In this document: positions 1 through 13,300 of the stretch, piece by piece
How positions within the stretch are numbered: position 1 is the stretch's first letter
How the letters are laid out: each line of letters begins with the position of its first letter
Virus record (IMG/VR): IMGVR_UViG_3300030012_002034
Coordinates: 1 to 64,000 of that record
Reading direction: 5' to 3' (one strand)
Origin: a virus
DNA length: 64,000 nucleotides
Program-made: the position numbers and the translations under genes
The notes under the pieces: model-generated
Databases searched by the model: none
What the model was told of the DNA's origin: nothing
Seen by the model: the letters and a program-made list of their open reading frames with translations, nothing else

Positions 1-1346
1 TGTATTCTTTTACCTAATACTACTGACTCATGAAGACTTTTTACAAAATTATATGCTCTGGCTTGATAGTTCATATCTTTACTTTCCATTACATTTAGCA
101 ATTGCTCTTGATCTTCTTTAGAAAGATCTAATGTTTGAACAGAACGCAAAGAGTTTTTAATTGCTTTAATGCTATCAAGTACTTTTGTTTCTTCAAGTAC
201 TTTTCTTATCTCATCATTATTCTTTAATAAGTATCTATTTAATTCTGAGAACTGACCATAAAAATTATTAATAGTATTTTGTAAAGATTCAGGTGTTATA
301 TTTTTAATTTCTTCTAACATCTGAGTATTCTCATCTCTAAACTCTGCAATGTCAAGAGGTGTTAACATACTAGTATCTACAACAAAGTCTCCTTTTAATA
401 GTATATCAGTTAACTCACCAATTGTAGTATCAGTATTTAGCTTTTTTAAGTTTAATTTCTTAGCAAGCTTTCTTATAACTTGTTTAAGAGCAAACAATAG
501 TCCTTTGATAAAACTATTAAAAGACTGATCATCTGACTTAATCTTATTCATTTTATTATCACCGTCTTTTTCAATAGCCCGGATTATAGCTTCTTCTTTA
601 AACCTAGGAGTACCTTCTTCCAACACTCCTGACTTTTTTAATATTTCTATTATACCCTGTCCTGTAACACTAGTTTCCAAGTGAGAATATAATCTATCAA
701 ATAGTTTAGGATTATCTATTTGAATAGCTTTTAAAAATGGATGGGCATACTCATGAAGAACAGTAGCTGCATCAAACTTATCTTTGACAAGAAATACTTT
801 ATTATTAAAGTAAAACCCTGATTGATTATTATAAGGAGTAGAAGTATCTTTAAGTATCTCTCTAGCTTCATCTGAAGTAATTACTTCATTCTCAATACCA
901 AAAGCTTTAGTATATTTATCAGCCAACGCACTTGCTATTTTAGCATCTCTAGTTTTTTTCTGTAGCTCTTCAGTTAATGAAAATGCTTCAAACCTTTGTC
1001 TATCTATCTCATTATCATACTGTTCTGAAAGATCATCAAATAAGTATCTATCTGAGTAAGCAGTCCCTGCTCTTTCCGCATCTTCCATTAACATCTCTCT
1101 AGCTTGAGATTCTTCAATACGTAATTCTTTATCATAGTAAGCATCAATCATTTCTGATGGTACATTAACAGATACCATTGAGCCTATATCAGGATCATTA
1201 AAAAGGTCTAGCACCTTAAATTCCATATCTCTATTAAACTTTCTTACACCAGATAAAGCAGCATTATAGTTTAAGCCATTAAGATACTGACTAGTATTTT
1301 CTATCTCTTTTTGAAGTTCTTTCTTTATTTTTATTCTACAAGGCAT
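1..1346 (-). CDS. Large polyvalent/ejection-type protein, N-terminal part, with zincin-like metallopeptidase motif; runs off the window edge and is absent from the ORF track
   Basis: ATG at 1346 (MPCRIKIKKELQKEIEN...). The parts I translated by hand, including the last codons at the window edge, are open. GFYFNNKVFLV...TVLHEYAHPF (HExxH at 741-755) is followed by EEAIIRAI. It lies 18 nt downstream of the RNAP gene stop. Confidence 0.85.
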   Translation of the reverse strand, partial: MPCRIKIKKELQKEIENTSQYLNGLNYNAALSGVRKFNRDMEFKVLDLFNDPDIGSMVSVNVPSEMIDAYYDKELRIEESQAREMLMEDAERAGTAYSDRYLFDDLSEQYDNEIDRQRFEAFSLTEELQKKTRDAKIASALADKYTKAFGIENEVITSDEAREILKDTSTPYNNQSGFYFNNKVFLVKDKFDAATVLHEYAHPFLKAIQIDNPKLFDRLYSHLETSVTGQGIIEILKKSGVLEEGTPRFKEEAIIRAIEKDGDNKMNKIKSDDQSFNSFIKGLLFALKQVIRKLAKKLNLKKLNTDTTIGELTDILLKGDFVVDTSMLTPLDIAEFRDENTQMLEEIKNITPESLQNTINNFYGQFSELNRYLLKNNDEIRKVLEETKVLDSIKAIKNSLRSVQTLDLSKEDQEQLLNVMESKDMNYQARAYNFVKSLHESVVLGKRI

Positions 1347-1364
1347 TGTTTAAATATAGTTAAA

Positions 1365-4300
1365 TTATGTACATGTTTTACCAGTAAATTTAATAAAAGG
1401 TCCATTACCAACTTGATAACCACCTTGATCAGCATAATATTGAGATGCTAAATCTATAGATATATCAAATCTTGCTTTCTCTTCTTCATTCATTACTCTT
1501 CTTAGTGCTTCATAAGTTGCACGGAATTCCATTTTTAATTTATCAGGTGTAAGTAAATCTTTACCTTCTTTCCAATAAACAGAAATATCATTATTATCTA
1601 TATGATTTTGTTCATGATAAACTAAGAAATCATTTATCTTATCTGTAGTATTTAATATTTTTTTCATATCATCTAATGATATATTAAAATCATCAAACAT
1701 TTTTAATACCTGTTTCTTTTGTTCGGATGTAATTCCTTTTTTAGCTCCCGTAAAATATTCAAAGAATTCATCTACAGATTCTACTGGATTTAGTTTAATT
1801 GTTTTTCCGTCAGTACCTGCTAACCTTTTAGTACCGTTTTTATTCTTAAGATTTCTATCTATAGTATAGTTAATTTCTCCTAGAGTTCCTGTCTCACCAG
1901 CTGGTTGAGCATCTTCTTCCACAACATTGGGTATATATCTGTTATAATCCCATAGATCTTTAAGTCTTGCAAACTTAAGTTTAGCAGTAAAGACATCTGT
2001 CCAATTAGCTAACTGAATTACATCACCATCTTTTGTAGTATAATCAAAAGGTTTTTTCTGATTATATTTTTCATAACTAAAAAAGTCAATAGCCTTAGCT
2101 TCTACTCCTTCTATTACTTCTTCAGATTTAGTATAAGTCTTTTGATCTTTACCTACGTAATCAGTAGTTTCTATTCTATATGTTCCTTCAACTTTACCAG
2201 TCTTTTTATTTACAACATCGTAGTTTTCTAACATTACTCTACTAGTACCATCTTTAGCTTGAACAGTTACTGTTCTAAAATTAGAAATTTTATATCCTGC
2301 TGGTGGTAACATATATGTATCTGTTACATAACCTTCTCCTTCAATGTCTCTTAAGAATACAGCATCAGGATAAACTTTTTCAAACTTAGATTTAGTTTCT
2401 GTTCTTGTAAATGGAGATATCCAATCTATATCATGTAAAGGATTTTCTTCAGGTCTTAGTACGGTTCCTTGTTCTGCTAATGCAGTACTACCTGTAAGTA
2501 TAAAACCTTCTTTACTAAGTCTTTTAACTATACTTGAACCAAACTTATCTGTTTCTAAAGCTTGTTCAATTGTTACTAACTTAGTTGGTTTACCATATTC
2601 TCCCGGTTTATATTTATTACCTGTAATTAAATCCACGTTTTGTTGTAAGATATTATTAGTAATAATTCCAATATTTGTATTAATCAATTCAATATTAACA
2701 CCTTCTCTTAATGTTTTAAAGAACTGCTTAACTAATTGTGCTATCTTACCTAATAGTGATTTACTATACTCACCTTTACTTTTATTTCTTAGATCTTCAT
2801 TTATAAGTTTACCAACTATTTTAAAATACTTGTCTTTATCTTTTATAGATCTATAATCAGTAGTTCCTGCTAGCTCACGTATAATATCTTTTACTAGTGG
2901 ATTATACTGCATCATGTATGCAATAAATTCTCCAGCTACATCAGGTAAAGCATCTCTATCTTTTACATATGCAACTTTATTTAAAATATCAGCAAAACCT
3001 ATATCATCAATAGCAAGTTTAGATTTAATTTGATTTATATCTTTAACTTTTATTCCAAAAGATTTTAAGTATGTTTCAAGAACTTTAGATGTATCTTTAC
3101 CTGCTTTCTTAATAGAAGCACCGTCTATATTAACGGGAGTATTTATTACTTCACCTTTAGGCACACTTTGTACTATATCAAAAATACTATCATTATATTC
3201 TTTTAATTCTGCACCTGTTAATACTCCAATGTCTCCCTTACTATTGAGTATGCCTTCTTCTTGTTTTCCAAAGATTCTACTAACAATATTTGGATTTGAT
3301 GTAGCTAAATATTTAGTCATTTCCTCTCCTCGTAAGTTATGTCTAAACCCTCTAGTAGAAACAGTATAACCGCTTCTTTTATATTTATCTCTTACATCTT
3401 TAGGAACAAAATGTATAAAGTCTAATCCTGAATCTACAATAGCAGGAATAGCCTCAGCTAAAAATTGCTTACTGCTTGGAGAAGATGTTACTCTATTTAC
3501 AAATACAGCATTATCATAATCATAATTTCCAAACATATAAGTATCCTTAAATTTATAAACAGAAAGCCTTTTTATAAAGTTTAAGAATTTTTCTTTTGTC
3601 ATTTCTTTACGGCCAGGAACCTTTGTTATTAATGCTACATAATCGTTATAAAGTTTATTTTGAAATGTCACATCATTATTAAAATTAGGAACTAATTCAT
3701 AGATGTTTCTTTTTAATACATTAGAAGCATCTGTTATAGGTGGATTCTCAAACTCTCCTTGTTCTTGAAAATCTATTTCACTATCAAATGATTCTTCTAT
3801 TACAGGTTCTACAGGATTATCAGTTAAATAATTTTGGAAGTTTCTAGATGATAACATTCTATTATAAATATCATTAAGTTCAGCTGTTATACTATAACCA
3901 TCTAAGAAATTTTTATTAGTTGTATCCAAGAAATTTTGACTAGCTGTTTTCATTAAACTTATATAAGCAGATGTATCAATAACATTATTAAAGTTTAATC
4001 TACTAAATCCTTTACCATGTTGGTATATCATGTTTAAAGAAAATAAATTAAATATCTGAGATATATCCTCATTGGTTTGTAGATCTTTTACTTTAGATAT
4101 AGAAACATTAGCTAATTGTTTTATCTCATTATTATATTTATCAGCTAAATCCGGATCATTACTTACAACATCTCTATTATTTAAATCTAGTACCTTTTCA
4201 CTGTTCTCTAATGGTAATGATGCAAGAGATAAGTTATCAGCTATTTCAAAATATTTATCTAAACCAAATTGGTTAATGGTGTCTAATATTAATTGTGAAT

Positions 4301-7300
4301 AAGAAATATCAGATGTCCCCATAATAAAACTTCTATTATAAGAATTCATTAAACTTCTTTCTGCAATAAATTTAATGTATGCTGTTTTCTTATTTTCTTT
4401 TAAAAACTGCTTGTATCTAAAATTAGTAATCTTACTTTTATCAGAATATTTATTTTTTACAAATACTTCTTTTAGTTTATATTTTACATATGTACCATAG
4501 TCATCAAAAGTTATATTAAAAGCAAATCCTTTTCCTCTACGTTTTTCATATCTATCTTTTAATTTTGTATCGTTAACATATATTATTCCATCTTTTAAAC
4601 TTATTGCTTCTTTATTAGTATCACTTACATTTACAGGTAAATTATTAGAAAACTCAGGATATATTACTATATTTCCTTTAGCATCAGTTTCTCTAGATAA
4701 AAGATTTTGTAGTAAATAATCTGAAATAGCATTAGTAAAAGAAGCTGTAAATACTTCTTCTCCGTCTACTCCTTTTCCAAATCTTGCTTTTAATGCTTTA
4801 TTTTGTCTATAACCCAGTAACTTACCAGTTATAAAACTATTAATATCATTACTAAAGTTCAAATCAAATACCTCTGATGTAATGTCATACATAATATCAT
4901 TTACATTAAAGCCAGATAATATAGATTCCTCAAGAAGTTTTCTTACGGACTCAGGATTTAAATCTCTTCTATCATATATCATTTGAAGTGCAGAGTATTG
5001 TTTATTTACTTGCTGCGCTGTTTTAATAAATGTAGTATCTGGTGTTGAAATAGATTGTATTTCTCTTAGACCTTGAGTTTGTCTTTGAATGTTATAATAC
5101 TGAGCTAGCATAGCTAAAGATTCTTTAGATGTTATATCTTTTTTTAAACCTTTCTCTAGTCTGTCCTGTGTAAGATTTTCTGTTACTCCTAAATCTCTAA
5201 ATAATAATTCTGATACAACATTTGGAGATGTTTCTATAGCTTTTGCTAAGTTTCCAACCATCTTAGCTTTAGGATTTGTAGCCTTATTAAATTTATTTAC
5301 CCTAGCTGTAATCTCCATAGCTACTTTAGGGTCTACTATTCTTGATAATACATTTGATAAAGCACGTTGTTCAGCAGAACCTTTTCCAGAAGTAGGATGA
5401 AGGACAGAATATGGACCATTAAGTTTAGCAATCTCTTGTATATATTCCTTAACTAAAGGTTGGTTTAAGAATGTAAATACTGTATCACTAGGTACACCAG
5501 CTTCTATCATATAGTTTAATACATTAATACTTTCTGGAGTAGCTCCTAACGTAAATGTAAAAGGATCTTTAGCTCTATCTAATATAGCATTTAGTAAATG
5601 TGAAAATATTTCTGATATGTTTTCTCCTTCTGTATTATATTTACCAGCTAAAGATATTGCACCATTAGTTGTATTATGATTAAACTTCATAGTAAAGATA
5701 CCAGGCATTTGAAAGTTTATTTGCTTATATATAGGATGCATTTTATTTTTCAATGCTACAATTCCTAGAGTAATAGCACCTACTAGATTTACCTTATGTT
5801 GATATAAGTTATAACCTAATTCTAAAGTTCGTGTAGGACTTATACTCTTATTACCTTTTTGATTGGTTCTTTCTTCATCAAATACATTTTCAAATCTATC
5901 ATAACCTTCTTCTGCTTCTTCAAGAGTTTCTACAGCTCGTTTGACTAAATGAATATTATTTGGTCTAACTAAGTTGACATAGTTATCTTTTAGTAAGAGA
6001 ACATCTTTAATAGATCTTACAAGCTCATTATGAAGAGCATCTTTTTGTCTTCCTAATATTTTTGAAGTTGACTCCTCTCCTTTTTCTATCTCTGCTTGTA
6101 AATCATCTTTACTTAATACTGTTTTAATTAAATTTCCTTGTCTATCTATCTTTGGAAATAATTCAAATAACTTATCAACATCAAAGTCAGATCCTGCTTT
6201 AGCTACAATCTCTGTAGGAACTATAATTTTATTTCCTTCTTGAGGATTTAAGAAATGATAAATTTCAAATATTTCATTTGAGTTTGTAGCATCAATAGGA
6301 ATCCTAGGACCTAGAATAGTTATTGACTCTCTATGGTCTGCTTTATTTAACCATACTTCATCTTTAATCATTTCATTAAGTCTATCAATATTACCTATAG
6401 GTTCTCCATCATTATGTTTGAGATTTAAAAGATTTATAAAATCTCCTTGTAAAGCTATAACTGCTTGAGCAGGTAAAGTTTTTCCTGTCTTAGGATCTAT
6501 TCTATAATATTGTAAACCATTAGTTCCATTCTCTTCTCCTGGACTTAACCATAAATCTTTATCTAATGTAACCGGAGTTTGTATTAAAGGTTCACCATAT
6601 ACTTTTTGTTTAACTAATCTCTTTTGTATTATTCCTAACAAAGCTTTCATTACATCATCTGATTTAGGATGTATAGAAAGATCTATAAACTTTTCACCAC
6701 TTGGTGTAGTATTAATTAACTTTAATAAGTTATAAGGAAGATTCTTCTGCTCCATTTCATTTTGTAACAATCTCATTAAATTAGTCATGTTACCTTTTGA
6801 AATATATTTATCTTGTTCCGCATCATACTTAAAATCTATCTGAGCTAATAACTCATCCTTTAAGATATTGTTATACTTATTAACAGCATTAGTATAGTTT
6901 GATACAGCCTTTCTAGCTTGAGCACTTATGGATCCTCCTCTTTCAAATAATCCATCTAATAATATACCTCTTAACTGAGTAGGAAAAGTTACTTTACCTT
7001 TATACTGGTCATTAACTTTAGTTACCTCCTTTAAGTTTTGCATATAAATAGTGTTAGGAGTAAACATTGTTTCTCCTTCTACTAGATCTTTTATTTCTGT
7101 TTGAGTATTATCAGTATAAATATCATCTGAGTTTGCTTCTTCATTAGAAGATATTCCACCAACTTTATTACCTGATTCAAATGTTACATATTGAATACCT
7201 TCTTTCATCATTTGTTTATGTAACTTCTCTTTTTGTTTTGATGAACTTCCTGGTATAATAGGAGACAATGCAAATTTATGCATAGATGTAACTACCGCTT

Positions 7301-10300
7301 CATTAAAATCTAAGGCTCCATAATGATGTAACTTATATACAGGAAAGTAAGTATTTATTTGTCTTGGGCTAATAGTTTCACCATTAGCTATTCTTTGAAA
7401 CAAATTTTCTTGTTCATTAGTCCACTTGTTCTGTAACTTTTTAAGAGTTCTATATGCATCAAAAGTAATATAACCATGACCGTCAGATTCCTCCATACCT
7501 AAGTAAGTATCTGCATCTGTGTTTACTAACTTATCAATTTCTTTTTGTGATAGTTTAGGAAAGCGTTCTTTATAATCAGCTTCTAAAGCTTTTTTTATTT
7601 CATCTATAAAATCACTATCTTTTTCAGAGTCTTTTATAATAGCTGTATTTAACTTACCTCTATATTGAAAAGGAGCTATACCTTCTTTAGATAGTCTAGA
7701 TGCATAACTTTTTTGATTCCAAACTTCATTAATAAAGTTTATTGCGTTTTGATCATAAAGAAAACCTTCTCCACCAGATTGTCCACCAGGTGTACGCTTT
7801 TGCATATGTTCTTTACTATGATCAAACTGCACCATATTACCATGTAATAAGTGTATAACTTCAAAGTTATGTATCCAGTTATTTATAGTATAAGCTGACA
7901 TTAATGTATTAATAAGTTGCTTCTTAACTTTAGGGTCTGTAGAATTATAATTTTCTACTCCGGATTTTTCTTTAAGACTTTTACTTAGATAAGGAGCTTT
8001 ATTATAATAATTAGTTATATTATTTTTAACCCTATTTTGAATGTACTCCATTATATCAGCTCTAATCTTTTTATTAAGAGCTGATCCTTCATCAGTCATT
8101 AAATAGTTTTCTATTTTTACTGCAGGATCTAATTGTAACTTATATAACTCATTTTTAGTAGAGTCTCTTAAAATATTATCAAATGCAGTAAAGGTGTTAC
8201 CAGCATATCTATTACCTATTGGTCTATTATACCCGGCCAATCTTAAATACAACTCTTTATTTGCATCAAACATTTTTATTCTATCAAACTCAACTGCCAT
8301 TGCAGGAATAAATAGTTTATCAATTGAGTATCTCATACCCTCACTAATACCAGGGTCTTCAGACTCTTGATTAAACATGTCTATATCCACATAAAGATTT
8401 TTATCTGTCCCTTGAGTTTTCATTAAACCTCCTTGAACTTTTAGACCATAAGAAGCTTTCTTATCGGCAGGTCTAGTATTTTCTTTTATACCATTAAGTA
8501 AAAGAGTATGCATATCTTGCGTAAACTTTTCTACATCTGTAAGATCAGAAGTTACTTTACTATTAGTTTTATTATCTTGTATATTAATACCAGATGTAAT
8601 AAAAAGATCAAAAGTTTTATTAGCTCTCTTATCAAAGGTTCCTTCTTTAACTCTATATACAGAGTTTAATAAATGAGATCTTTTAGTAAAAGGATTTATA
8701 TTAGGATTAAGATAAGATAAAAAGTCATACTCTGATTCTTCTTTATTAGAATTAGTTTTTTGCCAAGTATCATTTCTTAAATTACCTAGTTCATTTAATC
8801 CTGCCACAGTCATTGTCATGTTACTATCTAGTACATGAGGGAATATTCTTTCTCCATCAGCTGCAAGTAAACCATAGTTCTTAGATACACTTCCATATTT
8901 AGATTGCAACTTAGCAAGTTCTTTAATAGACCCGCTTTGACTCACTCCTCTTTTAAGATTTTTACTTAATAAAACTCCTGCAGGAATATCATCTACTAAT
9001 GTTTCAACAGGATTTTGTTTAAACTTATATAAGTACTCAAACTGTTTTTCTGTAAGATTATCCCTATACTCAAGTTCATTAAAATCTTTTACTGTCTGAA
9101 ATATAAATGGTATACCAAACTTACTTTCATTTTCTACATTAGTAAGTTCTGTTTTAATCCTTTGTATATCATCTAATTCTATTCCTAATGTATTTAAGAA
9201 TTCATAATAGTCTTCTTCTCTTAATCCTTTTTTATCAAATCTTTTAACTAAAGCATCTAGATTTAACATTGGAGTATTAGTACCTTCTACTATTGAGATG
9301 TATTCATTAGCATTCTTAGTCTTGAACATTCTTTGAAAATCTCTAAGGATCGCATCTGTATCTATATCAGATTCAGTAACTTCTACGTTACCATCTTTAA
9401 ATACACTTAACTGATAATACTTAATTGCAGACTTTTTAAATGTTTGCCAGAAGCTAGCAATTGCATCAAACTCAAACTCATTAGTAGTATTTTCAGGTTT
9501 AGGTAACTTATATTTTATAAGTTGTTTTAATTCAGGAAATTCTTCAGATGCTTTTTCAATTTCTTGATACATCTTCATAGGATTCTTAATACCTGATATT
9601 CTATTAGTAAGTGTTGCCCAAACTCTTTTAAAATCTGCAAGTTCATTAACTCCTAAATAGTTCTTAGATGTATTTCCGTTTGCGTCTACTTTATGAAGAC
9701 TTTTTAAAATGTATATTACTTCTCTTTCAGCCATTTCAACTAATGACTTTTTACCAATCTCTTTTCCAAACTTTTCAGAACTTGGATCATTACTATCTTG
9801 TTCATCTTCTTCTAATGCTTCTTCCTCTAATATATTTTTATTTAATATAGGGAATGTAGAATTATCATAATAGTACTTAAGTGTTCCTTGTTTAGATGTT
9901 GTCCAGTTACCAAGAGCTGTTTCTAAGATTCTTATTTTATTTAATAAGTTTTGCTGATCTCTTGTTATTTCAATCTCAGGAAGTTTGTTCTCTAATATTT
10001 GAAGTTCACCATATTTTTTTGCTCTTGATTTTAAATTACTTGTTTGCTTAATAACTTCTGTAATGTTATTAGCTACAATAATTCCTACAGGATTTTTACC
10101 TGACTTAATATTTTTATGTGTATAAAAATCTGATATGATATCTATACCATAGAAGTTTTCACCAAAAGATCTTTCTCCTCTTTTAATATCAGCATTTAAG
10201 TTTTTAAAAGAATTTACTTGACTTCTAAAAAAGAAATACTTATCAGATGCAGGAGTTCTTTCTCCTGTCTCAGGATCTACTGCTTCTAAAACAGCAACCG

Positions 10301-13300
10301 CATTCTCCTTAATATCTTTCATGCTATCAATAGCATCAAAAGAAGGCATCTTAGTTTCTCTAGCTAACTTGTCTGTATTAGTTTTTAATATTTTTTTTAA
10401 TTTTTCTCTTACTTCCTCTACTACAATTTTTCTATTTTGAGGATTTAAAACTAAATTTAAAGTAGTAGACTTAGAACTTTTCTCCCCGGCCTTTGCCATA
10501 TCTTTTGACAGCTCATCAACAACTTCAGAGAATAAACTATCCATTGTAGATACAATTAGTTTAGAATCAGCATCATTTAATGCATCTTCTCTTCTATTAT
10601 CTACTTGTCTAATACCTCTATTTAATTGAAGAAACTCTGAATTCTTAACTGAAGGAGTATAATCTGCTAATAAGCTAGGGTCAGAACTAGACAAATATAA
10701 CCTAGAGTATAATTCATTAACAGCTGGTATACTCATTACATCTATGTTAGCAGCTTTGCTACTATTCTTAAATGCTTTTCCAAAAAGAGCTTTTAAAAAG
10801 TTTAAGATTTTTCTGAATATAGTATTACGCTTTGGTCTATTCTTTTTTATCTTAGGATTTTTAGCATAGCTTCTAAATTCTTCTGCTAAAATTTCTTCTA
10901 TTTGATAGTTAGAGTAATCTTTATATTTAGCATTACTGTTTCTTACTTCATCATATAAAGCTTTTCTTTGTTCAGGAGTTAAATACAATTGAGAGAATCC
11001 ATGCCAAGCTTCATGATAAATATCAACAGCTGTTCCTTTATCAAATACTTTTATAGTACCTAATGTAGAATCTGATAAAGCAGATGCATTTACAACAAAC
11101 TCTGCAAACTGACCTGAGTTAACTATATCAGTTATTTTTTCTAGACTTATTACTTTACTTAAAGGTGATGTACTCCACCATTTAACAGCATCTTCTATTT
11201 GTTTCTTAGTTACATTGTCAGGATCATAACCTTCTCTTTTTAAACTACTCCAATCTCCTTCCTTTTTAAATCTCTCTAATAATCTACCTGAGCTATTTGT
11301 AACATTTTGATTTGGATTAGGCTCTAAGTTAGAATCTATATTATCTGCTTTATTCTGATTTTCTTTAGATGCAGATTCTTTTCTTTTTTCCTCTTCTATT
11401 TTTTTTAGTTCTTCATCAGTATACCAAGGAACATCATCTTCTGTTTCAAGGATCTCTGTTAAATTTTGAGCATCTACTACTTCTTTTGCTTTAGATAAAC
11501 TTTCATTTAAAGCAGAATATGGATTCTTAAATGCAATAGACATATTATAAAATCCAGGATTAAGAGTATTTAACTTAACATTAATTCTATCTCCTATACT
11601 CATTAGAAATTCTCTAAAGTCCGTAGGTACTAGCTCTCCATCTATTAATCTTAAAAAAGGTTTAGTCTCTTGAACTATTGCTTCATTGTATATACCAACG
11701 GTGGGTCTCCAATTAGCAGGAGCTAAGTTTGTAGAATTATTATTGAGTGATGCATTCTTCCAATAGTAACCTTTTGCTAAAACAGTTTTAACAGCTTTGG
11801 CTGCATTTTCTCTTTGAGCTTTATTACTTAGTTTATCTTTACTTAATTCAATTATAATAGGCTTTTTACCTGATTCATCTATAATCTGAAAAGTACCATC
11901 CGTATTAATTTTATAGTTTCTTTGAGACTTACTTACATTATTATTTAAAAACTGATCAAGAAAAGCTTTTCTTTCAGATTTTGAAAATTTAGGATTAGTT
12001 ACAACCTCTGCTATTTCATTAATTAATTCCTCAGTAAGAATATATCTTTCTAATGCAAAGTTATTTCCATTTAAAGTAATATAAGCAGAACCAGAAAGAT
12101 TTACGTTTCTTGTTTTATTATTAGAAATTTTTATACTTTGTATAACTCTTTTTATATTGTTATCATTATTAGAATTAGTAGAGTTATTTAAAGCTTTTGA
12201 TAATACATCTAAAGATATATCAGGATTTACTAGTTCATCAGACATACCTTCTGTTATTCCTTGTATGTCAACAAGCATTGAATGATTTTTATTTTCCTTT
12301 CCTAAGAATTCTTTTTTAATTTTAGAAAGTATATCAGCTCTCTCATCTAAATATTCTTTTGCTTCTTCAACAGTAATTCCTAATCTTTTAGATAAAGCTT
12401 GAGGAGACATTATTCTTTCTTCTTTACCATAAATATCAGTTATCTTTGTACCGCTTTTATCTGTTCTTACATCTCTTAAAAATTGAAATACTACTTTACC
12501 ATCACTTCTTGATTCTGCATAAGAACCATCTTCAGTAAAGAATACAGGTTGTCCAAACTCATCTGCTATAATAGCAATAACTCTTTCATTAGCTTGAGTT
12601 ACTTCTTTACGTGCATCTCCTCTTTTTAATCTAGCAAAAGATTCTATAGCTTCTTGTTGTACAGATGCTGGTAATAAATCTCTTGTTTGTGAATTTGTAA
12701 CAAATGCATCAAACCTTACAAACTTTAATTTTAAAGTTTTAGTTTGTCCTGATAAATCGGTATAAGAAAAAGCTTGAGGACCAGTTCCTTCAAGTGTGTT
12801 ACTTAACTTTAGATTAGCTAAAGTATTTACTATAGTAGTTTGACTTGGATCTAGTTCTTGTATTTCAAGAGCATTACTGTTAGGCTTTTTTTTAACAAGG
12901 TTCTGTCCTGTAGTAGTTAAAGGATTATCAGACTGTCCTCTAAATATTTCTTTTTTAGGTTCTTTAGCAGGATCTTGTTCAACTAAAACAGGATTATTAT
13001 TATCTTGCTCATTAGTTGCTGCATCAAATAATACTTGTTTAGGATCTACAGAAAAGTTTTTTACAATCAAATCTATGCCTGTATCAGGATTTAAATATTC
13101 TAATGATAATTTTCTTAATTTATTTAAATCTAAATCTTGGCTTAAATCATCTTCAGCTATATATATCATAGATATCATCTTAGGTATAGGTTGAATAAAC
13201 TGAGCTGCTTGTTCTGCAGAACCTGTTTCTTCTTTAACCATATCAAATATATCTTGCATATAAGTATCCGGATCAAAGTTTTTATTTTCAAACATATCTC

